A DNA stretch of 64,000 nucleotides from IMG/VR virus record IMGVR_UViG_2687453619_000001, positions 11,484-75,483 of that record, one strand, 5' to 3'. Source of the DNA: a virus. Its lineage: Duplodnaviria > Caudoviricetes. Numbering within the stretch: position 1 is the first letter of the stretch; every line of letters starts with the position of its first letter. Shown in pieces: positions 1 to 7,961 of the stretch. Under the pieces are notes generated by a model that saw only the letters and a list, made by a program, of their open reading frames with translations, searched no databases and was not told where the DNA came from. A program made the position numbers and the translations under genes.

Positions 1-48
1 CAGGCGACGTTTGCCTCCCAGCCAGGGGATGATAGGGCTTGCTTCCAT
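1..48 (-). CDS. DNA adenine methyltransferase (Dam/D12 class), N-terminal 16 codons, runs off window
   Basis: Manual translation MEASPIIPWLGGKRRL matches the PWxGGK N-terminal motif of D12-class adenine MTases; same position as the C5 MTase in prophage 2. Confidence 0.75.
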   Translation of the reverse strand, partial: MEASPIIPWLGGKRRL

Positions 49-205
49 GTGTTGCTCCAATGTCAGATGCTCGATGGCGTGCTGATATGGGGCGCATGGC
101 TCTCAGGTGATTTAACGTGCCGCATCGCGGGCATTTGATGGAGAGGGTGATGTATTCACCCTCTCCGAGTTTGCGGGAACAGTTCCCGCAACGAATATCG
201 TGCAT
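1..205 (-). CDS. com: Mu-like Com zinc-finger translational regulator (3' end off window)
   Basis: Manual translation MHDIRCGNCSRKLGEGEYITLSIKCPRCGTLN; C4 zinc finger, near-identical to 42775-42963; overlaps the MTase start. Confidence 0.85.
   Translation of the reverse strand, partial: MHDIRCGNCSRKLGEGEYITLSIKCPRCGTLNHLRAMRPISARHRASDIGATHGSKPYHPLAGRQTSP
66..80 (-). promoter_or_regulatory. Putative Com-binding RNA site
   Basis: Minus strand ACGCCATCGAGCATC, 17 nt before the MTase ATG; resembles the Mu mom Com target as I recall it. Confidence 0.55.
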
Positions 206-237
206 CTAGGTATACCGCTATAAATATGCTAGCCTTC

Positions 238-342
238 GGCCCACCTGTACAGGTAGCGCGGCCTTGGCCTTGCTGGCAGCCTCATCTGCTGGCACGGTGG
301 CGTGGTCGGTGTTAGTCGCACTGACCGCGTCGCCGCGTCTTA
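238..342 (+). ncRNA. Candidate structured RNA between com and gene V
   Basis: Hairpins 271-294 and 296-334 rich in G-U pairs on + strand; pairing-preserving changes in the copy at 42998-43102. Confidence 0.45.
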
Positions 343-387
343 AACCGTACTTTCTCACGCGCCCGTAGTGCGTGAAACATCGACAGA

Positions 388-408
388 GTTGATAAGCCGC
401 TTATCAAC
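388..408. promoter_or_regulatory. Late-promoter dyad upstream of V (putative Ogr-family activator site)
   Basis: GTTGATAAG-CCG-CTTATCAAC; same dyad at 32344-32376 and 43146-43172. Confidence 0.65.
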
Positions 409-454
409 CCTCTGCCAGGTGCGCGCCGATCCGCAACACGGCAACATGCTCAGC

Positions 455-1126
455 ATGACTGCCGACCTCCACGATTACTCCGAAAACGCACGACTGCTGC
501 ACAACCTGATTCGTTTGGGTACTGTTGCTCAGGTTGCGGGTGGCCGCGCCCGTGTGCGTCTGAGTCCCAAGCTGACAACAACCTGGTTGCGCTGGGTGAC
601 GCATCGTGCAGGCGACGCCCGCACCTGGTGGTCGCCATCGGTCGGGGAGCAGGTTGTTCTGTTGTCGCCTGGCGGCGATCTGACCGCCGGCGTCATTCTG
701 CAGGCGGTCTATTCTGATGCGTTCCCTGCGCCTTCCGACAATCCAGCCTTGCATTCGACGCATTACCCCGATGGTGCGGTTGTCCAATACGATTTTCAGG
801 CGCACACCCTGAGCGCAACGCTACCGGACGGCACCAGCGTGACCGTCGCGCCCGGTAAAGTCACGTCGAACGCCGAAGATACGGAATGCACCGGCAATCT
901 GCTGGTGCAAAAGAATCTGGTCGTCAACCAGAATCTGACTGTCAACGGCATGTCAGCCTTGAATGCCGGCATGAACGTCCAGGCCGGCAAGGAAGGCGGC
1001 GCGGCGGCTGTGATTCAGGGAATCTTACGCGCCACAGTAGACGTATTTGCCGGCAGCATCAGCCTGCTAAAACACCCGCACGGTGGTGTCAAAAAAGGCG
1101 AAGAAGAGTCAGGCGGTCCGAAATGA
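455..1126 (+). CDS. V: Baseplate spike protein gpV
   Basis: NLIRLGTV, WWSPSVGEQV, C-terminal HxH (KHPHGGV); start moved to ATG 455. Confidence 0.95.
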   Translation: MTADLHDYSENARLLHNLIRLGTVAQVAGGRARVRLSPKLTTTWLRWVTHRAGDARTWWSPSVGEQVVLLSPGGDLTAGVILQAVYSDAFPAPSDNPALHSTHYPDGAVVQYDFQAHTLSATLPDGTSVTVAPGKVTSNAEDTECTGNLLVQKNLVVNQNLTVNGMSALNAGMNVQAGKEGGAAAVIQGILRATVDVFAGSISLLKHPHGGVKKGEEESGGPK

Positions 1127-1461
1127 TGAACGCCCGCACAGGTCGCGCCATGTCCCGCCTCGCCCATATCCGCCAGTCGCTGGCCGATATCCTTACCACG
1201 CCCATCGGTTCCCGCGTCATGCGCCGCAACTATGGTTCCGAAGTACCGGAGCTGATCGACCAACCCTTGAACGGAGCCACGGTCCTACGCATCTATGCCG
1301 CCACCGCTTACGCTGTCCTGCACTGGGAGCGCCGCATTGCCTTGACCGGCGTGCAATTGCAACGCGGCGCTGATGGACAAGCCACGCTGCTTCTGGACGG
1401 AGTCACCAATGAACAGAGTGTGCAATTGGCCGTGCCTGTTGGTTCGGGAGCGACGCTATGA
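1123..1461 (+). CDS. W: Baseplate wedge gpW (GPW/gp25)
   Basis: HIRQSLADILTTPIGSRVMRRNYGS motif; true start inside track ORF 886..1461. Confidence 0.95.
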   Translation: MMNARTGRAMSRLAHIRQSLADILTTPIGSRVMRRNYGSEVPELIDQPLNGATVLRIYAATAYAVLHWERRIALTGVQLQRGADGQATLLLDGVTNEQSVQLAVPVGSGATL

Positions 1462-2348
1462 GCGCAGCTATCGACTTGTCGCAACTGCCGGCACCCAATG
1501 TCATCGAGCCGTTAGATTTTGAGACGATCCTGGCTCAGAACCTGGCCGACCTGGGCGCACAAGGCGTCAATCTGGACGAACTCACGGAATCCGACCCCGC
1601 CATCAAGGTGATCCAGCTCAACGCCTATCGTGAGTTGAAATTGCGCCAGCGCATCAACGAAGCCGCCCGCGCCCTGATGCTGGCGTATGCGATGAAATCG
1701 GACCTGGACCAGATCGGTGCGAACATGGACGTCCCGCGCTTGCAGATCTGGCCGGCAGATCCCGACAAGGGGACTGCTGCCGTCATGGAGGCCGATGAGG
1801 ATTACCGCCGGCGCATCCAGTTGGCGCCGCAAGGCATGTCCGTCGCAGGCCCGGAAGGGGCGTATGTGTTCCACGCCTTAAGCAGCGATGGTCGCGTGCG
1901 CAACGCGACGGCCACCAGCCCGACGCCAGGTCACGTGGTCGTGGCGATCTTGTCGCATGAGGGCGACGGTACGCCCTCGCAGGAACTGCTGGATATCGTC
2001 GCCACCCGTATGGCGGACGATGGCGTGCGGCCCTTGACTGATTACGTCACAGTCGTTGCCGCGCAAATTGTCCGCTACCAGGTACACGCCAAACTGTACA
2101 GCTTCTCAGGCCCTGATCCGACCGTTGTGCTGATTGAGGCGAACAAGCGCATGCAGAAGTATGCGAAGGAAGCGCACCAGCTGGGGCGCGTGCCGACCCA
2201 TTCCGGCATCGACGCGGCGGTACACGTTGCCGGCGTCGAGCGCGTCATCCTGGTGTCGCCGACCACAGATCCAGAGATTTCCAAGTTGGTGGCCTACTAC
2301 TGCGATGACATACAGATCGAGTACGGCGGCATTTGGGGCAAGGTATGA
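1458..2348 (+). CDS. J: Baseplate J protein
   Basis: IDLSQLPAP, SVAGPEGAY, VRPLTD motifs. Confidence 0.95.
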   Translation: MSAAIDLSQLPAPNVIEPLDFETILAQNLADLGAQGVNLDELTESDPAIKVIQLNAYRELKLRQRINEAARALMLAYAMKSDLDQIGANMDVPRLQIWPADPDKGTAAVMEADEDYRRRIQLAPQGMSVAGPEGAYVFHALSSDGRVRNATATSPTPGHVVVAILSHEGDGTPSQELLDIVATRMADDGVRPLTDYVTVVAAQIVRYQVHAKLYSFSGPDPTVVLIEANKRMQKYAKEAHQLGRVPTHSGIDAAVHVAGVERVILVSPTTDPEISKLVAYYCDDIQIEYGGIWGKV

Positions 2349-2902
2349 CCAAGAGAAAAATAAAATCCCTGTTGCCGCCCAAATCCACGCCGCTGGAGCG
2401 GGCGCTGGAAGCGGCCACGGCCCGGACCTCCGATGTGCCGGTCCCACTGCGCACCTTGCACAACCCGGACACCATCGATATCGATCTGCTGCCCTGGTTA
2501 GCCTGGCACTGGTCGGTCGATAGCTGGAAGTCCTACTGGACGGAAGAGGTACGGCGCGCCCGCGTGCGCAACGCCATGAAGATCCACCGCCAGAAGGGAA
2601 CGGCGAAGGCGGTCAAGGATGTGGTCGCGGCTTTCGGCGGCGCCATCCTGTTGCGCGAGTGGTGGCAAATGACGCCGATGGGCGAGCCGTACACGTTTGA
2701 CCTGGTGATGACGCTCACAGGCGCCGGCGGCCAGTCGGCCACGGCTGAATTTGTCGATGATGTGATCGCCGAGGTCCACCGCACGAAATCGATCCGTAGC
2801 CACTTTACGTTTACCCAGGGCATCGAGACGCAAGCCGCGATAGCTGTGGCAGCGACTGCCCGCCCTGTGATCTATGCCCGTTTAAATCTGACTGAAGCCT
2901 AA
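2345..2902 (+). CDS. I: Tail protein gpI
   Basis: SLLPP..TPLERAL, LLPWLAW, HRQKGT motifs. Confidence 0.95.
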   Translation: MTKRKIKSLLPPKSTPLERALEAATARTSDVPVPLRTLHNPDTIDIDLLPWLAWHWSVDSWKSYWTEEVRRARVRNAMKIHRQKGTAKAVKDVVAAFGGAILLREWWQMTPMGEPYTFDLVMTLTGAGGQSATAEFVDDVIAEVHRTKSIRSHFTFTQGIETQAAIAVAATARPVIYARLNLTEA

Positions 2903-2906
2903 CCCA

Positions 2907-5015
2907 ATGCCTGGACTCCAAATCATCATCACCAACGCCGGCCGCGCCGCCCTGGTCAATGCCGAACACAACGGCACGGCGCCGCTCAAGATTACTGAGA
3001 TCGGTATCACTGCCGCTGTCTTCACGGCGGGCAAAGAGACGACCGCCTTGCCGGGTGAAATCAAGCGCTTGTCAACCATTTCCGGCGAAGTCGTGGCGCC
3101 CGATACGCTCCACGTCACCATCCGCGACGATGGCGCCGACACCTATGCGGTGCGCGGCATTGGCTATTGGCTCAGCAATGGCGTCTTGCTGGGTGTCTAC
3201 AGCCAGCCCGAACCGATCTTGCAAAAGTCCACGCAGTCGATGATGCTGCTGGCCGCTGATGTGGTTTTTTCGGATATCAAGGCCACCTCTCTGACATTTG
3301 GTGACGCCAATTTTACTAACCCGCCGGCCACTACCGAGCGCCAGGGTGTGGTCGAGCTGGCGACCGGCGATGAGGCCGTCGCCGGCACGGACGGCACCCG
3401 CGCCGTGACGCCTGCCGGCCTGACGCCGGCCTTGGCGCAAGCCATCGCCAAACACCTGGCCGCCGCCGATCCGCATCAGCAATACCTGACCCAAGAACGC
3501 GGGAATGTGTTGTATTTCCGCAAGCTGCCGGCCTATACCAGCAGCGATACCGACTGCGACACCTTGCTGGACACTGGCGTGCGCGACGTGTCGGTTGCTA
3601 ATGACCGGGGCGTCATCGCCGCCACCAGGCTGCCCATGGGCGCCGATGGCTACGGCACGCTGACCACCGAGAACGGCGGCCAGTTCGTACACCAGGTCTA
3701 TACGGAAGCATCGATTAGACACCGTACCTGGCAGCGATCCGGCTACCTGGGCGCCACGCAGCCATTTAAGGGCAGTGACTGGAAGCTGTTGTGGGACTCC
3801 GTGACGTTCGATCCTGCGTCCAAGCAAGACAAGCTTCCCTTTACACCAGTCCAGCAAGGCACCGGCATCGGGCAGAAATCTAATGTCGTCAAAATCGGCT
3901 GGGTTGGCGACGTTCTGAAAGTCACGGTCGATGATCTCGATCTAGGCGCCGTGATATTTCAGGCGAATCTGGAAGCAGCGCTTAAAAATTATCTGCCGCT
4001 GGCCGGCGGCAGTGTTACTGGTCTCTTGCAAGTCTCCGGGTCCACCGGCGCCATTGGCAGCCTCGGCCCCGGCCGGCCATGCATTGAGGTGGCGTCAAGC
4101 GGCAAGTCCGATGATGCTTACATGACATTTCACAAGCCAGGTGCATACGCAACACACCTCGGACTAGACGCCAATAATGACCTATCCGTTGGCGGCTACT
4201 CAATGGGCGCGGTTTCCTACAAGCTGTGGCATGCCGGTAATTTCGACCCGGCGGCCAAGCAAAACAAACTTGGCTATACGCCCGTCCAGGAAGGCACCGG
4301 CGTCGGTCAGCTCCCTAACCGGGTAAAAATTGGCTGGGCCGCCGGCGATGGCCTGAAGGCCACCGTCGACGTCACCGACCAAGGCTATTTTGTATTTGCT
4401 AATCAGACTTTGCGCATGCGCTGGGTGGGGCAATCTGGTCAGCCGCCGTGGTTGTTGGGTGGCAGTAGCGCGGGCGATATATGCGTCTACAACCCGTCTG
4501 AATTCAGCGTCAAATATGCCACCGATAGCGCACGTTCGCAGAATGCCGAAAACATCAGCAACGGCAACAGCTATATGCGATTGCAGTGGTCCGACCCCGG
4601 CGGCCAGACCCTTTACGTATGGGGTAGCGACGGGCCGACCACAGCGCGCCTGTCGGTCGTCGGCAATCTCAGCGTCGGCAATGCGCGTACCTGGAGCGGT
4701 TTTCCGTTGCGCTTCGCAGAAAATCCCGGCGTCCAGCCCTATTACGTGCTGGGTATCGAGGCCGGTCACAGCGAGTTTTCTATCTACAACCGCACCTCGA
4801 TGTCGGTCGGCTCCTGCGTCTCCGCGATGTTTGCAAACCAGCTATCCGGCGCAGGACTGCAAAACCAAAGCATCGGCAGTTATATGTTGAACAAGAACTA
4901 CACCTCTCCCGAGGTCGCCGGTGCCTGGGAGCCGCGCGGCTATGCCTACGACTTCGGGTCGGGCGGCGACGGTGGTGTCGGTTCACGAGCAGCTTTATGG
5001 CAAAGGGTGGGGTAA
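2907..5015 (+). CDS. H: Tail fibre protein
   Basis: IITNAGRAAL N-terminus, ATTERQGVVELAT, internal FDPAxKQ..TPVQ.GTG repeats. Confidence 0.9.
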   Translation: MPGLQIIITNAGRAALVNAEHNGTAPLKITEIGITAAVFTAGKETTALPGEIKRLSTISGEVVAPDTLHVTIRDDGADTYAVRGIGYWLSNGVLLGVYSQPEPILQKSTQSMMLLAADVVFSDIKATSLTFGDANFTNPPATTERQGVVELATGDEAVAGTDGTRAVTPAGLTPALAQAIAKHLAAADPHQQYLTQERGNVLYFRKLPAYTSSDTDCDTLLDTGVRDVSVANDRGVIAATRLPMGADGYGTLTTENGGQFVHQVYTEASIRHRTWQRSGYLGATQPFKGSDWKLLWDSVTFDPASKQDKLPFTPVQQGTGIGQKSNVVKIGWVGDVLKVTVDDLDLGAVIFQANLEAALKNYLPLAGGSVTGLLQVSGSTGAIGSLGPGRPCIEVASSGKSDDAYMTFHKPGAYATHLGLDANNDLSVGGYSMGAVSYKLWHAGNFDPAAKQNKLGYTPVQEGTGVGQLPNRVKIGWAAGDGLKATVDVTDQGYFVFANQTLRMRWVGQSGQPPWLLGGSSAGDICVYNPSEFSVKYATDSARSQNAENISNGNSYMRLQWSDPGGQTLYVWGSDGPTTARLSVVGNLSVGNARTWSGFPLRFAENPGVQPYYVLGIEAGHSEFSIYNRTSMSVGSCVSAMFANQLSGAGLQNQSIGSYMLNKNYTSPEVAGAWEPRGYAYDFGSGGDGGVGSRAALWQRVG

Positions 5016-5611
5016 TGGCAAAAGTAAAAGCAAAACAAGCAATTGAGCAAGTAACAGACATTCCAGCGGAATCCGGCGAAATCGCCCAGGAGCTGCCGCC
5101 TATCGCAGAGCAAGCACCGCTTCCACCGGCGCGACCTCTTCTGTTCCCGGAATTGCAGCCTGCGGAGCCGCCAAAGCCGGTCGACCCGTTCGCTTATTCC
5201 GACATCAAGGACATTGTTCGGGTGGCGGCGGGCTATCAGTGCGCAGTGAAATTTCTTCATCGTGACGACTATCTTGCCTACCTGGCCTGTCCGGACGATG
5301 TGGAAGCGCATGGCCGCGCCATCCATGCGGAATGCGAAGCCCGCGCAGCAGACGGCGTACCAGACTACTTTCCGAGCGACGACGAGTTCCTGACCGTGGC
5401 GCAAGAACGCATGTCCGGCGAACTGCGCCGCGCCAATAGCGAAGTGACCAAGTATCAGGACCGCGTCGACGTGGACGACGCCAGCGACGCCGATATCGGC
5501 TTGCTGCTGGCCTGGAAGAAATACCGTGTTGCCTTGAACCGCATCCCGGACCAGGCCGGCTATCCGCACGTCATTACCTGGCCGGTTACACCGGACCCAG
5601 CCACCGTTTAA
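5015..5611 (+). CDS. Tail fibre assembly chaperone
   Basis: C-terminal LLAWKKYRVALNRI...ITWPVTP motif. Confidence 0.85.
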   Translation: MAKVKAKQAIEQVTDIPAESGEIAQELPPIAEQAPLPPARPLLFPELQPAEPPKPVDPFAYSDIKDIVRVAAGYQCAVKFLHRDDYLAYLACPDDVEAHGRAIHAECEARAADGVPDYFPSDDEFLTVAQERMSGELRRANSEVTKYQDRVDVDDASDADIGLLLAWKKYRVALNRIPDQAGYPHVITWPVTPDPATV

Positions 5612-5638
5612 TTATTTACCTCATTCACAGGAGAAGAT

Positions 5639-6811
5639 ATGCCTACTGATTACCACCATGGCGTGCGCGTCATCGAAAAGAACGACGGCACCCGTCCAAT
5701 CCGCACCATCAGCACCGCCGTTGTCGGCCTGGTCGCCACTGCCGAAGATGCCGACCCGGCCGTTTTCCCGCTCGACACGCCAGTCCTGCTGACCAACGTT
5801 CTTGCCGCCTTAGGTAAGGCCGGCACCAAGGGGACGCTGCGCCGCGCCCTGGACGCCATCGGCCTGCAGACAAAGCCTTTCACGGTGGTGGTGCGCGTGG
5901 CCGAAGGTAAGGATGAAGCCGAAACCACCTCTAATGTGATCGGCACCACAACCGCGGCCGGCAAATACACCGGCGTCAAGGCGCTGCTGGCGGCCCAGAG
6001 CAAGCTTGGGGTAAAACCGCGCATCCTGGGAGCACCAGGTCTGGACACCAAGGCCGTGACCAATGCCCTGGTAGCCGTCGCCCAGAAGCTGCGCGGTTTT
6101 ACCTATGCGGCAGCGCATGGCTGTTTGACTAAGGAAGACGCCGTGCTGTATCGGAAAGACTTCGGCCAGCGCGAGCTGATGCTGATCTGGCCCGATTTCG
6201 TGAGCTGGGATACCGCCACCAATGCGGACGCGAATATCTCGGCAGTAGCCTATGCCCTGGGCCTGCGCGCCAAACTGGACGAAGAGATCGGCTGGCACAA
6301 AACGCTGTCGAACATGGTCGTCAACGGCCCGACCGGCATTTCGGCGGATGTGTTCTGGGATCTGCAAGATCCTGCCACCGATGCCGGCTTCCTGAATAGC
6401 AAGGAAGTCACCACCCTGATCAACAGCGGCGGCTTCCGCTTCTGGGGTTCGCGCACTTGCGAAACGCCGGAATTCTTCTATTTTGAGAACTACACCCGCA
6501 CCGCCCAGGTGCTGGCCGACACCATTGCAGAAGCGCATATGACCTATGCCGACAAGCCCTTGCATCCGTCCCTGGCGAAAGACCTGGTCGAGAGCATCAA
6601 CGCGAAATTCCGCGATCTGATCAAGCAAGGCTATCTGATCGGCGGCAGCGCCTGGTGCGATGAACAGTTCAATAGCAAGGAAAATTTGAAGGATGGCCGG
6701 CTGACGATCGATTACGACTATACGCCCGTGCCGCCGCTGGAAAACCTGATGTTCCAGCAGCGCATCACTGACCGCTACCTGGCCGACTTCGCCGCCGCAG
6801 TCAACGCTTAA
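5639..6811 (+). CDS. FI: Tail sheath protein FI
   Basis: YHHGVRVIE, VKPRILGAPG, GFRFWGSRT motifs. Confidence 0.97.
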   Translation: MPTDYHHGVRVIEKNDGTRPIRTISTAVVGLVATAEDADPAVFPLDTPVLLTNVLAALGKAGTKGTLRRALDAIGLQTKPFTVVVRVAEGKDEAETTSNVIGTTTAAGKYTGVKALLAAQSKLGVKPRILGAPGLDTKAVTNALVAVAQKLRGFTYAAAHGCLTKEDAVLYRKDFGQRELMLIWPDFVSWDTATNADANISAVAYALGLRAKLDEEIGWHKTLSNMVVNGPTGISADVFWDLQDPATDAGFLNSKEVTTLINSGGFRFWGSRTCETPEFFYFENYTRTAQVLADTIAEAHMTYADKPLHPSLAKDLVESINAKFRDLIKQGYLIGGSAWCDEQFNSKENLKDGRLTIDYDYTPVPPLENLMFQQRITDRYLADFAAAVNA

Positions 6812-6838
6812 CCAATTACAGAAAGGGAGCATCACACC

Positions 6839-7348
6839 ATGGGTATGCCAAAGAAACTCAAGGCTTTTAACTTGTTCGACAACGGCAATTCCTATCACGG
6901 TGAGGTGGAGGAAATCACCTTGCCAAAACTCTCCCGCAAGATGGAAGAGTACCGCGCCGGCGGCATGACCGGCCCGATATCGGTGGATTTCGGTAACGAA
7001 GCCATCACGCTGGAATGGACCGCCGGCGGCATCATCCTGGAAGCCCTGCTGCAGTACGGCGCCCGCAGCCACAACGCCACTCAGCTGCGCTTCGCTGGTG
7101 CGTATGAGGATGACGACAGCGGCACCGTGTCTGCCGTGGAAATTGTCGTGCGTGGCCGCCACAAAGAAATCGACATGGGCAACGCCAAGGCCGCCGAAGA
7201 CACCAAGCAGAAATATACGACCGCCTGCAGCTACTACAAGCTGACCATCGATAACCGGACCATTTACGAATTCGACTTCATCAACGGCGTCGAAAAAATC
7301 GGCGGCGAGGATCGCAACGCCAATATTCGTCGGGCCATCGGACTTTAA
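6839..7348 (+). CDS. FII: Tail tube protein FII
   Basis: PKKLKAFNLF, LPKLSRKMEEYRAGGM, VRGRHKEID motifs. Confidence 0.97.
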   Translation: MGMPKKLKAFNLFDNGNSYHGEVEEITLPKLSRKMEEYRAGGMTGPISVDFGNEAITLEWTAGGIILEALLQYGARSHNATQLRFAGAYEDDDSGTVSAVEIVVRGRHKEIDMGNAKAAEDTKQKYTTACSYYKLTIDNRTIYEFDFINGVEKIGGEDRNANIRRAIGL

Positions 7349-7473
7349 TTTTCCCAAACCAAAAAAGCAACTATTGTAAAGATCGAGCTCATCATCAGTA
7401 TCACAATGAAGATCAAGATCCACACCAACCAATTTCCTTTTCCCACCTGTAAAACCTTTATTTAAAAGATTCT

Positions 7474-7824
7474 ATGAAAAACTCTACCACGAACGTACAA
7501 GAAAATATCGCCTCCGACATCGCCGCTTCCGGCGTGTATAAAACCGTCACCCTGGAAGAGCCGCTGACTCGTGGCGACACCTTGATCACCAGCGTCCAGA
7601 TCCGCAAGCCCGTAGCAGGTGAGCTACGCGGCGTCTCGCTGATGGATCTGGGTAATCTGGATGTCGTTTCCCTGCAGCGCGTCCTGCCGCGTATCACTCT
7701 GCCGACCTTGGCGCCGCATGACGTGGCGAAGCTGGATCTCGCGGACCTGATGGCGCTGGGCTCCGAGGTGGCCGTTTTTTTGCTGAAGAAAGCAGATCGT
7801 CCGGTGGTCTACCCGAATTCGTAG
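7474..7824 (+). CDS. E: Tail assembly chaperone gpE
   Basis: RKPVAGELRGVSL, LPRITLP motifs. Confidence 0.92.
   Translation: MKNSTTNVQENIASDIAASGVYKTVTLEEPLTRGDTLITSVQIRKPVAGELRGVSLMDLGNLDVVSLQRVLPRITLPTLAPHDVAKLDLADLMALGSEVAVFLLKKADRPVVYPNS
7775..7782 (+). promoter_or_regulatory. Programmed -1 frameshift site (E+E')
   Basis: TTTTTTTG near end of E; -1 frame is open into E'. Confidence 0.85.
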
Positions 7825-7832
7825 AAGATGCC

Positions 7833-7949
7833 ATGGCCGATATTGCGACGGTGTTTCACTGGCCGCCGCAGGCCATGAATGAACTGGATATTACGGACTT
7901 GATGGCCTGGCGTGAACGCGCCAGGTTGCGCAGTGGTGCGGAAGAATAG
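7833..7949 (+). CDS. gpE' extension
   Basis: Manual translation MADIATVFHWPPQAMNELDITDLMAWRERARLRSG. Confidence 0.88.
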   Translation: MADIATVFHWPPQAMNELDITDLMAWRERARLRSGAEE

Positions 7950-7961
7950 AGAGCCAATAGG

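Noticed and set aside
368-454. Upstream extensions of V, W, Q, P, M, ogr and primase in the ORF track
   Set aside because: They run through promoter dyads or neighbouring genes; downstream starts fit family N-termini and are conserved between copies.
4800-5015. Tail-fibre tip variation as a diversity-generating retroelement target
   Set aside because: No reverse transcriptase or template repeat in the window; differences between copies are not adenine-specific.
2907-5611. Invertible tail-fibre cassette
   Set aside because: No invertase gene and no inverted second fibre end seen.
5810-7432. 540-aa antisense ORF over FI/FII (also 32479-34224, 15117-16274, 48389-49666, 59741-61042)
   Set aside because: Shadow ORFs expected from GC-rich codon bias on the opposite strand; no recognisable motifs, and lengths differ between the two prophage copies.
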